DNA from: Klebsormidium nitens
Lineage: Eukaryota; Plantae; Klebsormidiophyceae
Direction: 5' to 3'
Assembly: GCA_000708835.1 (NCBI GenBank)
Contig: DF237324.1
Coordinates: 27,932-91,931, forward strand
Length of the DNA: 64,000 nucleotides
The notes beneath the pieces were generated by a model, which searched no databases, was not told the DNA's origin, and was given only the letters and a program-made list of their open reading frames with translations. This document shows, one piece after another, positions 36,347 to 49,100 of this stretch. A program made the position numbers and the translations under genes. Each line of letters begins with the position of its first letter. The stretch's first letter is position 1.

Positions 36347-38618
36347 ATGGTGAAGCAGCAGCAGCAGCAGCTGGAGCTCCTTTTGGCTGCAGTGACAGAG
36401 AAGTCGGCTGAAATACGGCGTACACACCCTGGAGGGTTTTTCCCTGAGCTTGACGTTGTCTCAGAGGTGCTCTTGCTCACCGTGGGATGGGCGCTTCTGT
36501 TCATTGTTCTGCGCTTCTTCGTATTCTCAAAGTTGTCGTACGATTTTAACAATCGCCTAGTGTCAGTCATCCACTGCCTGGTAGTCTTTCCCCTCGCATT
36601 ACAGACTCTGAATTGGAGCGATCCTCTTGGTAACGTCGGGGGCATCAGCACCAATAAAGAGGTATGTAAGCGCCTGGCCATGTAGCCCCGATTGATCTGA
36701 TGCTGTTCTGTTGTACATCTATCCAACTTTGAAGAAGGGTGCTGAGACTCAGGTGGTATGGTTAGAGGAGACAAGGGAAGGGACTCCAGCATGCCTAACC
36801 TGACTTGTTGGACTTGGAACATGTGAATTGCACTTGATTGTGCTGTATGCAAGGAGTGCCAATTTACTTCAACTCCCTGAGCAACCTATAGCACTGTCCA
36901 CCTCACGTCAAATCGTTCTGCCAGAATCTCTCTGCTCAAGTCTTCTGTTGTACTTTTACCAGCGTGCTGTATCTGACATTGTTTCTCTGTCCAGGGCCGG
37001 ATCCTTGAAATCAGCTCTGCCTACTTTATCTATGACCTCATTGGCTGCACATTGGATGCGAGCACGCGGGACATTTCCATGTCAGTACACCATATCGTCT
37101 CCTTGTTAGGCATGGGTTGGGGCCTCTTCTCGCACACGGTGAGCCGGAGCAATATTGTCAGGCCTGTCATCAGGTACTGTGGTGCATCGGGTCGGTGGCA
37201 GGAAGGGCCTCATAGATCAGGTCTCTCACTTTATCCCCTTGTGGAAGGGAGAATTCAAAGCTACAGCTTTGAGCATGAGGAAAAAGCTCCCTTATCATCA
37301 CTCATTGTATGTGTTGTAGAGTAAATGTTGAAGGTCTCAATTGTCTTTGTGAATGACAGTATATGTTGAAGAGCGGCTTCTCAACCAGAGGACTTTCTTG
37401 ACATTTTCCCACACATTAAGAACTGATTTCGATGTTGTTGCAGGATGGGAATGAGCTGGTGGTTTGCTTGGCTCTTGTCGAGATTTCGAATCCCTGTATG
37501 CACACCAGGGAGTTCATTAAGGAGTTTGGCCTGACAGGGACAGCGGTCGAGATGGCCAACAACGTGAGTCCAGCTTACTACAAATACCTTAAAGCATGCT
37601 CCTTCCCAAGTTGACCGACATTGTGAACGTTCAAGATTGTCAACTTTCTCAAGCTTTGGTCTCCTGGGGGAAGTTCAGAGATGCACTTGAGCTGGACTCA
37701 AGTCTGCTGGACTCAGGAGTGTCGAATCGGCTTTTTATTGCGAGGCCTCAAAAAGGAGCGCCAGGGCTTCTCATCTTAAAAACAGTTTTGGTTGAACTAA
37801 GGTGTACCGTGTTCTATGGGACTCTTTTACCGGGATCCTCTGATCGGTCTGTCTCTGTTTGCTGCAGCTCCTGTTTGCTGCTACCTTCACAGTCGCGCGC
37901 GTGGTCTTTGGGCCTATCCTAACATACAAAACGATAGCCTCCACCAAGCCACCCCTCCCAATCAAGGTGAGTGCTCGTCCTGTGCTGTACTGCCGGTGGC
38001 AGCGTAACTTCCGGAAAGTTTAGTTGTGAGCGAAGTGGAAGACGACTCAAGGAGGAAGTATCTGGGTTGGATTTCTAGCATCAAAGGATGTCACTTTCCT
38101 TTTTGTCCTTTTTGTTCCACCTTCTTGTGCCATGATAGAACTGGACTGGTCCGAATCCGCTGTTGGCTTGCATCTGAGGTAGATTAAATAGGCCCAAAAC
38201 GTGCGGATACATTGGGATGCAATCCGTTCGAGCTAGGCTTTTGGTCCTGCCCTTGGACTGGCCTTAAAGTTGGCCTTAGTGCTATTTCTTAATTGCCCCT
38301 AAATGAGAGTGCTCGAGGCCCTCGAGACTGGCGGTTTCGTCCTCAAATATCGACCTTGGTTGCTTATAGCTACAGCGAATCGTTCGTCATGCAAAGTCGT
38401 CTTTTGGAAGGTCCTGGGAGGTCCGTCGTTCCAGCGTCTGTAGCGAACTTTGGCATGGGATGCGACGGGTCTAGCATGTTCGATAAGGTGACAATTTCTT
38501 TATGCAGATCGGTGCAGGAGCCCTCCAGGTTGTCAGCACATACTGGTGGTATCTGGTCGCCAGGATGGTGTATTACAAAGTCGTCAAAGGACGGGGTCGC
38601 AAAGCTAAGAAGACCTGA
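36347..38618 (+). CDS. TLC (TRAM/LAG1/CLN8) domain membrane protein, TMEM136/TLCD-like
   Basis: Exons 36347-36661, 36995-37138, 37444-37563, 37868-37966, 38508-38618. Motifs LVSVIH, SSAYFIYDL, VHHIV, VEISNP, FTVARV, STYWW and a basic KKT* tail. Confidence 0.9.
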
Positions 38619-39229
38619 TATGAAAGAGTATATATCTAGGTTACTTGGTTAGCCCCACATTACTGGAAAGTAATGTTAAGGCCCCCAATTGACCATGTGT
38701 GTGATTATGCTTATTGAAGAGTTGGGAAATGGTAAATCCAATTAGAAGCAGGTTTCCGAAGTGCCAAAGTCTAAAGGTGCGATTCTTTCATCTGTGTGCA
38801 TCTGCCCTGATGAGCACAGGCCACTGTCTCACGACGGTGTCACTTGGATTGTCTGAAGGTCATGAAGTTCGCAATGAAATTATGAGGTTAATTACTATTA
38901 GCGTGGCATCTTGTCACTGTTACCCAGCGAATGCAAAAATTGACAAACATCTATCATCTGAGCGCAACCGTCTCCACATATATGGACGGTTATATATATT
39001 GATCTTTTGGCGAGCCTGCATACTTTGTTCATCTGTGCCCGTTAAGACGTGCAGAGCTCATAGCAAACAGGAAAACCGTCGACTAATTAAGCCTGTCATG
39101 GCTCCGAAACGATATGTTAATCAAACATTCACAACTACAATCACATAGTATGAACCTTATACTAACATGTCTAGCGAGCATATCAAGGTACGTGGTGCAA
39201 TCAAGGAGACTATAGTAGTGCCAGCAATG

Positions 39230-39267
39230 GTAACCGCATAATATAACCGGTTATATTATGCGGTTAC
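39230..39267. repeat. Perfect 38-bp spacerless palindrome GTAACCGCATAATATAACC|GGTTATATTATGCGGTTAC
   Basis: The two halves are exact reverse complements. After a 4-nt mismatch the arms extend by gccagc (39220-39225) / gctggc (39272-39277). Confidence 0.95.
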
Positions 39268-40183
39268 TCCAGCTGGCCGGTGCCAAGCGATGGAAAGCGG
39301 CATGAAGCAGGCCCAACCTCCCGGCCATACCGGCTACTAAAATGACTAATATTTAATCGTCGTTATCAATCTTGAACTTATATCGAACATATGCTTAACG
39401 CGCTCTTCGAATTCACAAGTGGGACATGGTTAGTGCACGCCCAGGCGCACAGCAGCTAACCACCGTTAACTTTACACTGCCTTTATATCATCGATACAAA
39501 ACTGTATCTGTACGGTAAACGTACGGCCGCATTCATGCCATGGGCGCCACGATTAAGTAGTTGATATAGAAGCTTCCACGACGACCATGCATGCGTGAGG
39601 CTAAATTCTCTAGCTAGAAATCTTGAATCTCTTTACCAGGCGGGCTCACTGAGTCACTCAATCATCGTACACACACCTAGCATACTATTGACCTCCGAAG
39701 TTGCATAAGCATGAGCCAATAGCTTACAATATTGCCACCGGTGGTCTGATCGGCCCGTGCTCAACGACCGTTACTCACTGTCTGCAAGCAGCTGTTACTG
39801 GCCGAGGTAGTCATTGCAACAGGGTTTGACATACTCTTGTGGACCTTGTGCATGCAGGTGCGCACTTAATGCGATTATAAGGGACAAAGTTGCGGGCGGC
39901 CCGTTCGTTGCATACTCGTTAACGCATTTCGATGAAAAAGACGCTTTGGCTCATCCGTGTTGATTGTGATTTCACCCTCATGATCTCTGTCAGTTCTGGA
40001 TCTTTGCTAACATCTACATATTTATGGTGTATTTATGGTTGCTCAGAGCATCTGACACCCATCGCCAGCTTTTTAGCTTTTCTTGGCTGGGTTTCATCAG
40101 TAACGACAATCCTGACCACGGGTTTGACTGGGCCTGCTGCCGTTGGAGGGGTTAAAGTGCATAGATTGACTGGTGTCCGGCGC

Positions 40184-43100
40184 TTATTTCTTGGTGAGAG
40201 CGGCGACGTATACCCAAATGGAGCATACGAAGGAGACGTCGTACGGTTTGACGTACCTGCACGATTGCGGTTCAAAGCCTTTTACTTTTGAGCAGGCAGA
40301 ATCTTCCAGATTTATGTTACGTTCCTGATTCGACTACCTGGGCGGTTCGATCTGTCACTCTCTTCCGAGATTTCCGAGTTTGCATTTCAAACGGAAGCTC
40401 GCATCTGGCCAAGCCTTGGAAATGCCGCAGACGATGTTACAATACAACCAATCGCTTGTTGTCGATTTGTTCTGAGCTAGGAAGCGCTGAAGTGCCAATA
40501 AAATTCTGAGCCAATGACCACGTCGTTGAATGAGGGAAACAAATCAGCTCAGAGAAGGACGACCGGCTCCACAACGTCGTCAAAAGTCGACAGGAGAACA
40601 TTAATCGAAGACAGTTGTGACGGGAGTCGGAGCAATTTGCGAAATTAGGAGGTTAGTTTTGGGTTTGAATCTGAGCACTTCGTCAATTAGCTGGCGGCGT
40701 CGGCAACCCGGAACATCAATCTCTTGCACCTTTCGCAGAGGACGCAAGACGTGTTCGCCCCAGTGCTTGGCGCTCCCAAAGCGGATTAAAAACGTATCAG
40801 AAAGCATTTCTCGAGAGTCACTTTGATAGGCTGTACTCTTGGGCCTCGGACTTACGACTTTGAATAGAATTCTTGGAAATTTTCTCTGCCGTCTTGATCA
40901 CGTTCTTGAAACGCAACATCTCCCTCCAGTTCGGCGATGACAACGCCTCTCAGACGCTTCAAAAGAAAACATCGACGCGTGCCCACTCACGTCGCGACCG
41001 CAAACTCGACGTCCTTGTGGTACTTGTGCTGGATGTGCGTACTCAGAACCGCGTCCGTAACCGCGGACCCGTCCGTAAACGGCAGGTTCAGCGGGAAGCC
41101 CACGATGTCGTAATTCTTGAGCACGGGCGCGAGCATCGCATAATTGTCCGCGGCCGCGACCGCGTACCGCCGCGCGGCCGCGCCGGCCGCGGAGCGCGGG
41201 TCGTCCGGGTCGAGGATGACGTCAGGCGGCTGCGGCAGTGGCGCGGAGAGCGCGTCGTGCTCAAGGTCGCGCAGGAGCTCCTTGAGAATGCGCGAGCACC
41301 TGCGCGCGCGGTTAGGAGGGTAAGTTATGAGTGAACCTTTGGTGGTTTAGGAGTGTAGATGAGTAGGAAGGTAAATAGATTGCTAGGACATCTTCCTCGT
41401 TCGTGACGGTTGGGCTGGCCCCTTCAAAATGGTCTGCGCAGGACTCGTTGACAACCTGTTGTAGCGCCCACCGATTGACCTTGCTCCCCTCTTTGGATCG
41501 ATCACGTCTCCTCGTCTCAGAGGTCAATTGAGTTCCTAAGGTTGTGAGCTTCCAACAAGTTCTAGCATCTCACCTTCTGTTGAAGTGCGTGTACACGAGT
41601 TTCCTGGCCGCGGTGATTGCGTCCATAACCTCCCGCTCCAGGCACGCCTCCAGCTCCTTGTAAAAGTCGCCGGGCAAACTCACGTACTGAACCGGGACCT
41701 GAGGTAAGGCGTTAATGGAAAGGGTTAGGTTTCGCGTCGACCGAAATGGCTGAGCGCTCATCTCCGGTCCTCCGGACCAATGAGAACGCTTCAATCGATC
41801 ACGTGGCATGAGAAGTACAGACCTGGTACAGACGTTTGCTAGAGAGGCAGTGTACTAAGCTGTACGCGGAGCGGAGATGCAAAGCTTGTGAGCCTGGCAG
41901 TTTTCGCTCGACGCGGAACCTTAGGCACCAGACTCTCCGGTCGGTTGGTCCTTCTGGGGCAGTCGACTTCGAGAAGGGGCAGCGTGGTGCAACGGAAGGT
42001 AGAAAGCGGTCGACGGACCTCGCTTTCTGTTCTAGCGATGCGACAAAACCTCTATCAAAAGCTAGAGGAAGTCGTGGGGACGAGTATGACGTCAGCGACA
42101 AGCAGCCGCCTCAAACCTCTTGATTCGTCCCGAAGTGGCGCGCTCCCGCATTCACGGACATCGCACCGAGCGAAAAAACACGTAGCGCCGAGAGTCCTCC
42201 GGAATATGCCGTCGCCGGTCCACACTGACAAAAACGCTCGCGTTCTCCAATCTGGCTATACTTTCAGGTCTATAGGTGTTCTTGCTATGAAAATCATTTC
42301 CCGAGTCGTACCTGGACGCTTCCGAGGTCCCTGTGCGGGAAGGCCTTGTCGGCGAAGAAGGGCCGCCAGCAGCGCGGGTCGTTGAGGCGCCAACTGATCT
42401 CCCACGGGGCCCCCACCGGCTGGACGTTGGCCCAGATGTTGTGCTCGTTGAACACGACGCCCACCTGACGCAGGAATGACGTCACGATCGACGGCAGCCT
42501 TGGAAAACCCAAATACAGATGTGGCTCGGACACGATCATGATAGCGAAGAAAGGAAGGGAGCACGGGTGCAGGTCATCTTGTTGGCCGTCTTACTTGTGA
42601 AGGATTTCTGCTGCGGATCTGTGAAAGATACGAATTTATAGGCACGAGGCATCTGCTTTCGCGTTTCTTCACGGAGAATAATTGGATAAGGATGCAGAAA
42701 AGACGCTCGGTGCTTAAAGACCTCTGAGAATAAACTACAAGGAACTGCGACCAGCGATCCTGAAAGTCATAGAACTTCAAGAGCCCGTTATTTTTTATCT
42801 TCCATCCTGGGAGTCTTGGAAGCAACCGCTTGAACCAGTCCTCGTTCTCGATTGAACCCTTCACCGAAAGCACAAAATTGAGGTTTAAAACCCTGACATT
42901 TTTGAAGACCAAAACCCCAAAACCCTCACCTGGCGCAGCTCGCAGCTCGCGTCCTCCGCGGCGTACACGCGCCCCGTGCTCGCATTCCAAACCCTAGTGA
43001 CGTCATGCGCGTCGCCGGCCGCGCCGTCGCCCGCGATCGTTACCACGCACGCGGCCTCGGCGTCCCGCGTGCCCACTCCCAGCGCAACATACGCCGGCCA

Positions 43101-46100
43101 GCCGGAGTGCAGAAAGTAATTGCACAACGTCAGCGCGTGCTCCTCCGAGTCGCCCGCGCACAACGACAGGAAATCGCGGCACGTCATCCACACGTCCTGC
43201 GCAAGCGAAGGGTTCGGAGAATCGTTCAGGACGCCTGAATTTCTACAACTTAGGGGCAGAGCCTGTGTTCCAAAGAGATTGATTCTGCTTCAAATACTAT
43301 AAGAAGCTTTTGTCGAAGCCGGGAACCTGGAAAGCGCGTTCTGATCCGGGTAAGCCGTGCAGCGCGGCTGAGCTCTGCACCCACGTAAAGCATACGCGTA
43401 CCTCGCGCCAAACTCGCCGCTTGTGTTCAATTCCAACGGACCCTTCTACGAATTCGATCCAAAGATCTCTTCGTCGCATTCTTATCTCCCAGGTATTTGA
43501 ACCTTGGCTTCGCAATGCGCGCATGCTATATCGACCATTTCAACTTTCCTTGTTAGTTTTTAGAAACATACCCTAATCAAGGGTTTTACCATTAAAGGAG
43601 GGGCATGGGTTAAGGCAGACCCTTGAACTACCTTCCTTGGACCAATCTGGTAGGAAAGCGATAGCTTCGCAAAGAGCGCCTGATGTCGGGAGTATTTAAC
43701 GTGCCCAAAAACAAGAATCTCACACGCTCCCACAACTTAATCAAAGCAACTCACCGCCCCCGCGCTCTGGAACGCCGCCCAATCCTCGACAAACGGCACC
43801 ATCGACACAAACCGCAGCAGGCGTCGCATGGCGACGTCTTTGGACCCGGGCCCTGCCGGGTCGTCGTCGAGGAGCGCGGGCGGCGGCGCGAGCGGGCTCA
43901 CGAAGCGCGGCAGAAAGATCGCGGCGCCCTCGTGATCGGTCGCGAGCGCCTAAAAGAAGGGTTTAAGAGGTTATCTCCCTTGGTTTTCTGCTTAGTCAGT
44001 AAAAGTGGGCTCGGTAAGCGCGGTAAACCGATCGCGGCGCCCTCGTGATCGGCCGCGAACACCTGAACAAAGGGCTTAGGGAATCTAGGGATATGGGCTT
44101 TGCGAAACCTAGAAATTGCGGCGGCGCGAGCGGGCTCACGAAGAAAGATCGCGGCGCCTTCATAGTCGGTCGCGAGCGCCTGAATCAAAGAGGTTGGAAG
44201 TTTTGATTATTGTGAGGCGTACGTCTTGGCTTCAGAAATGCGGCGCGACTGAGAGCGGGCTGAGGAAGCGCGGCATATCGCTGGGGCCCCCTCTCGGTTG
44301 GTCGTGAGCGGCTGAAAGGGGAAAATTCAAGAGATAAGAGGTTCTCGAGTAAGTGTGAAAGATTCGCTCTTCAAAAGCGGCTCGCAGAGCGCGGCGCATT
44401 CGCACTCGGTCGCCAGCGTTTGGACACGGGTTCTGAGTATTAACGTTGAGGGTTTCAATAAACCATCGCTTTTCTGGCGACTTTGTACTCAGATGTGGGG
44501 TGAAAGCCGCTCCTCGAAAGTAGTTTCACTGAAATGCGGCGCCCTCGTGCTTCATCTGGTTCTCCGTTCAGATTCTGTGATTTCGTGCGTTGAAAGGCGA
44601 AGAGTAGAAGTAAATGCACGCAAAAAACGTGACTGCAAGGAGGGCCAGGACGGGTCACGAAGTCAGGCAGAAAGATGGAGGCAATCTTATTGTCTTCCGA
44701 GGACCCAGAGAGAGGCCTGATAGTATGGGTTCAGAAGGGAGATGAGCGCAATGAGGCTGCTAGCCTCCCTCCTTGTCGCCTGCCGTCGCTGCACCTGAAT
44801 TAGTAGTGCTTGTGGTCAAGGAAAAGAGAAGCTTCTGGTCTGGACGAGCACAGTAAAACCCAGGATGACAGTCGCTTCCATGAGACCCTAAGAAAGTGGA
44901 AGCGTTTTTACCCACTAGTGTGCGCTCGTTCCACTTCACCATCGCTGTGCGCCTTTAAACTAATTTGTTGAAGTGCGGAAAACAACCTGAGAAGCAGCAA
45001 ATTTCTAAAATGGTCGCACCTTATTAAACAAGAAACTCCCTGGTATAAGCTTGTAGCCGGACCCTTCCGAGAATCAAGAAGGTTATCCGCTGACCCTACC
45101 TTGATAACCCGCCCTTTGCACACTGGCATGGCGAGCAGATCCCGCTGCCACACGTGAGCGTACCGCGCCAGGTCCTCTTCCTCGCCGCTCTGAACTTCCT
45201 CCGGAACCTGCGGAACCGGAACCGGCAGTCTGGGTTTACTTGAAGTTGCGCCTGATGCTTTTTCAAGTCTTCAAAAGATGTTCCGTATTTGAGCGGATCT
45301 AAAACAGTGACTTGGCTGGCGGCGCAAGTTTCTTAATCAAGAATTCTTTACGCGGCTGAGATTGGGCTGCTCAAGGAAAGTAATGATTTCATGACGACAG
45401 CTGAACGTTTGGCGCAACCAACCCGGTTGAGTCTCCCCTCTGGGTACGTAAAGCAAAGCCGCCGGTCACCGAAGAAAGCCTTTGCGTTGGTTTTAGCGAA
45501 CTTCATGGACGCACCAACACACGGCGCACTCATAGATGTGCAAACTTCTGTAATCGCCAACTTTCTGGAAGCTTCGACAGTGCACTGGATGACAGAGGGC
45601 TTTAGAATGTCGACATTCAGGGTTTTGATATCTGATCCGATCACGAGCTGCTGGGACGGCTGCCGGCATAGCATCGTATAACTGTAGTGCTACAGTCTGT
45701 AAAAACGTTCCAATTTAATCTTGAGGGGAATTCTACATCTGGGCTTTTGAGTGTCTGCCGCTGCTCACGTGCTGCGGGACGGCCAGCTGCGGCCGCAGCG
45801 TGGTATGTACAAGAGATAATTTCACAGTCATCTGGGCTTTCCATTCTGATTTCAGAACCCGTTGTTTCAGAATCCTTTTTCGGGTTTCAGAATCCGCTTA
45901 GAGTCTTGGAACCATTTTCTGGTTTCTAAACCCGCTTCCAATATTCGTTGGGGCAATCAATCTTTGTGTTGCCTGACAATTCAAATCTAAGTGAGTCTGA
46001 ATTTTCCACACCGCAGATCGTTAAATTGATCCCTTTGCTATTGAGTACCCTAGGGGCATAAAATTGGAAGAAAAAAAAAGTCTTTTTTTTTGGAACAAAA

Positions 46101-49100
46101 TTGAAAAATGTTGCTCACGTGCTGCGGCACCGCGAGCTGCGGTCGCAGCGTGATATGCAGCGTGAGCAGCGTGGCGGCCCCGTCGTGGAGCTGCTTGAAG
46201 CCCAGGTTGACCGGGGGGGTCTGCACCGGGAACGCGCCGTGCACGCCGCCCGCCTGGTAAATGCTCCCGGCCAGCAGGCTGGGGGAGGGAAAAGGACCCG
46301 GTTGAGATTTTGGTGACGAGAATTACATGGTGGAACTTGAGATATTGTATTCTCGTCACCTATTCTCCCGGCCAGCCGGCTGGGGGAGAGAAATGACCGG
46401 GGTTGGTCGTCCTGAGCGGACGGGCTTGAGGAGTCAACATGACGAGATGCGGCAGTGAGATGAGATCCACATCAGTCTGGTAGACATTTAAAACGAATTG
46501 AAGGGAGACTGTTGCGCGCGGACCTGCGTCAATTCGAGCTGCATCGGTGGCAAACGTGGAACTGATAGAACGAAATGACGCTTATCACCTGCTCTTTTGG
46601 ATGATCGAGAACGCAATTCTTTGATTCCGAACCTGCAAAAGCAGCATCTTCATCGAACGCTGTCTCATCCCAGACGTCAGTCAAACCGAACGGCCAAACA
46701 CTGACTGGAAGGTTGACGTTTATAAGTGACTCGAAAAGCGTTCAACGTGAAAAAGCCTCTGAAAGCCCGCAAATTTGAGAACCGATCAGTCAGACGAGCT
46801 GGCTGAGAACGGTACCCAAAGTAGCAACGAGCAGGTACCTGAAGGAACCGAGGTACCGCCTCTGTAGCGGCTGTTCTTGCTGCGACTCGGGGTTGTTGTC
46901 GTCCTCGTCGGGAGGAGCGGGGACTTCGTCGAATACGCTGATTCGCAGAAGGTCTGAAGAGTTCTGGAACAAGAAGAAGAAAGCAAACCTCGGTTCAGCT
47001 TTCAGGACAAAAAGGTGTTATGCAAGAAAAGGTCACACAAGTGACGATCCCGTCTGAGACAAAGGTAATCACGTTTGGAGAGGTCCATCCCATTGTGGGC
47101 CGGTCTTCTGTCAAGGCGTCAAGGGAATGCAGACCAATGCTTCGTTGGCGTAACTTTTCTGGAAGCATTGATTCGCCTATTCCGATGACCTTTTCCGGTA
47201 CGGAAAAAGTCAGATGATTCGCGAGGGCATCGCTAGAAATCTGGATCGTCGAACGGGGGCGGGCGAGAAGATCAGATATAGCCCGTTTCATGCTTTCAGA
47301 TCGGATATGGCTCGGTGAACCAAAGCCAATGCTATTAGATGTCTCCACCTCAAATGTGAAAGTGCCCACATCGTCTTTTTCGGACGTGTGAGTGCCCAAG
47401 AAAGATGGCCTAGTCAGGGGCAAATTCCATGCCCCCCTATCGACGAGAATGCCGAAGGGCACCGGACACCGATGATGTGCTTTACCTTGAGAGAAGAAGG
47501 CGAGAAATCGCCGCCTGCGGGCATGAACGGCAGCGCGACGAGCTCGTTCCACTGGGGGTTGGGGCCCTCGGACGCGCGCGTGCGCTTGGTGGCGCCCTGG
47601 AATGACACCTGGCACGACGGAGAATAGGACTTTAAATTTGAATAAGCCTCGCACTCCTATCAGAAAAGCACCAGAATCCCTTAGAAGGGTTTCGATTTTC
47701 AAGCGGCTGGTGCTGTGTGAAGATGCAAAGAGATACGTTCTACGAACAAGTTTTCGAACCCCGGCTGAGCGACTGCCGTCAGAATTTGCTGAAATACGCA
47801 CGTTGCAACCCAGCCATTGACATAATTTCAAAGGTATTGTGCTCTTAGAAGCCCTCTCGACGAGTTTGGAACCAGGTTCCTTAACTCGGACGCTTTCTCC
47901 TCACCTCCACGAATGGGCACACCCGTTCTGAGAATTCCGGTTCCGGTTCAAAGACGAGGAGCGGAACGGCTCGCCGATCCCAGCTGCTGCCCCTGCCAAA
48001 GCATACGCAATCATCACGGTCAGTATCTGGCGCGATGCCTCCATCTCACTGTCTTTGTTTACACTACCGGATCAATTGTGATGAGAAGGTTCTAGTCTTG
48101 TATTATTACTTCGGTTAAGCAGTACTACGTCCCGGTCGCCAGTCTGCTTTTTGTTTGTTTCACAAACGTCGGCTATCCTGGCAAATCCTCACCAATCTTT
48201 CACTCAATTCAAGCCCTTTTCAACACCTGCATTTGGAGATCCTCACCTTGCTTGCGGAGTCATCAGCCCGTCCCTCCTCCCCCCCCCTCCTCCTTGCTGC
48301 GCGTACGGCCCCCCCGTCCGGCGCCGCGTCTTTCTCACCGGGACGTTGTGCGCCTTTTGCACGTAGACTGCGATTTCGCACCGGTCGGGGTGCGCGGCCA
48401 AAACTTTCACCGGGCGCTTCGCGGGGCGCAGCTTGCGCCGCGGGGCGAGCAGGTGGAACAGGAAGTCGAGGTTCAGCTTGAACTCGGGGAGGGGGGTGTC
48501 CTTGATCACGTCGTCAACCTGGACGGGCATGTTTTCAGGTTCGAAGTCCGGGCATGCGCTTGCTGTTTCCTCAAATTCCGATTTTGAAAGGCTTGTGGTG
48601 TGCTCAAACCGATTTGCAGTTTGAGAAGTTTGTTTCGAGACACTTCTGATTAAAGCTGAGCAGTGCCAAAACTTCTAAGGGCGACTGAAAAATGGGAAAA
48701 GGCGACTCCGAACGGCTAGAGAGGTTTTGCCTTTTTTGCAAGTTGGGGTACCACTTGTTAGATACCCAGGTAATGTAGGGCGGTTGATGAGTCGCAGTCA
48801 GGCTTGCACGCATAGTGAATTTCAGAAAGGAAAAGCACAACCAAGAAGCTTTCCAACGCGCCGGCTGAAGCCCCAACTCACCTTGTACTGTCGCACGCCC
48901 GTCCTGAGCCGCTTATGTTTCTCGACGTTCGCCTGAACCCGCGACAGAAAATCCTGGATGCGCCGCTGCCGCTCCTCCGTCGCGCGCAGCGCCGCGATCG
49001 CCTGTCGCGTTTCGGGGGGGCCGCCCCGGCTGGGGGCGCTCCGCACGAGCGGACCCCCCTGCGTGAGCTCGTCCAGCATTTTGTCGTCCACGTGGCTCTC

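Noticed and set aside
39210-39220. tatagtagtg could be a CACTA element 3' end
   Set aside because: No matching CACTACTATA terminus, TSD or transposase in the window.
19728-44560. Tandem arrays considered as CRISPR-like repeats
   Set aside because: The units are whole diverged duplications with no constant-repeat/unique-spacer structure, there are no cas genes, and the context is eukaryotic.
45209-45227. (CCGGTT)n motifs near splice sites (also in PRP17 intron 5 and at 47934-47948)
   Set aside because: One instance is coding (EPEPE) and the PRP17 instances derive from a single duplicated unit, so there are too few independent cases.
46995-47410. ~135-codon open stretch in CC2D2A intron 11, and overlapping ~100-codon ORFs at 45348-45681 in intron 13
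   Set aside because: No recognisable domain or splice support. Several ORFs of this length are expected by chance in six frames of 64 kb.
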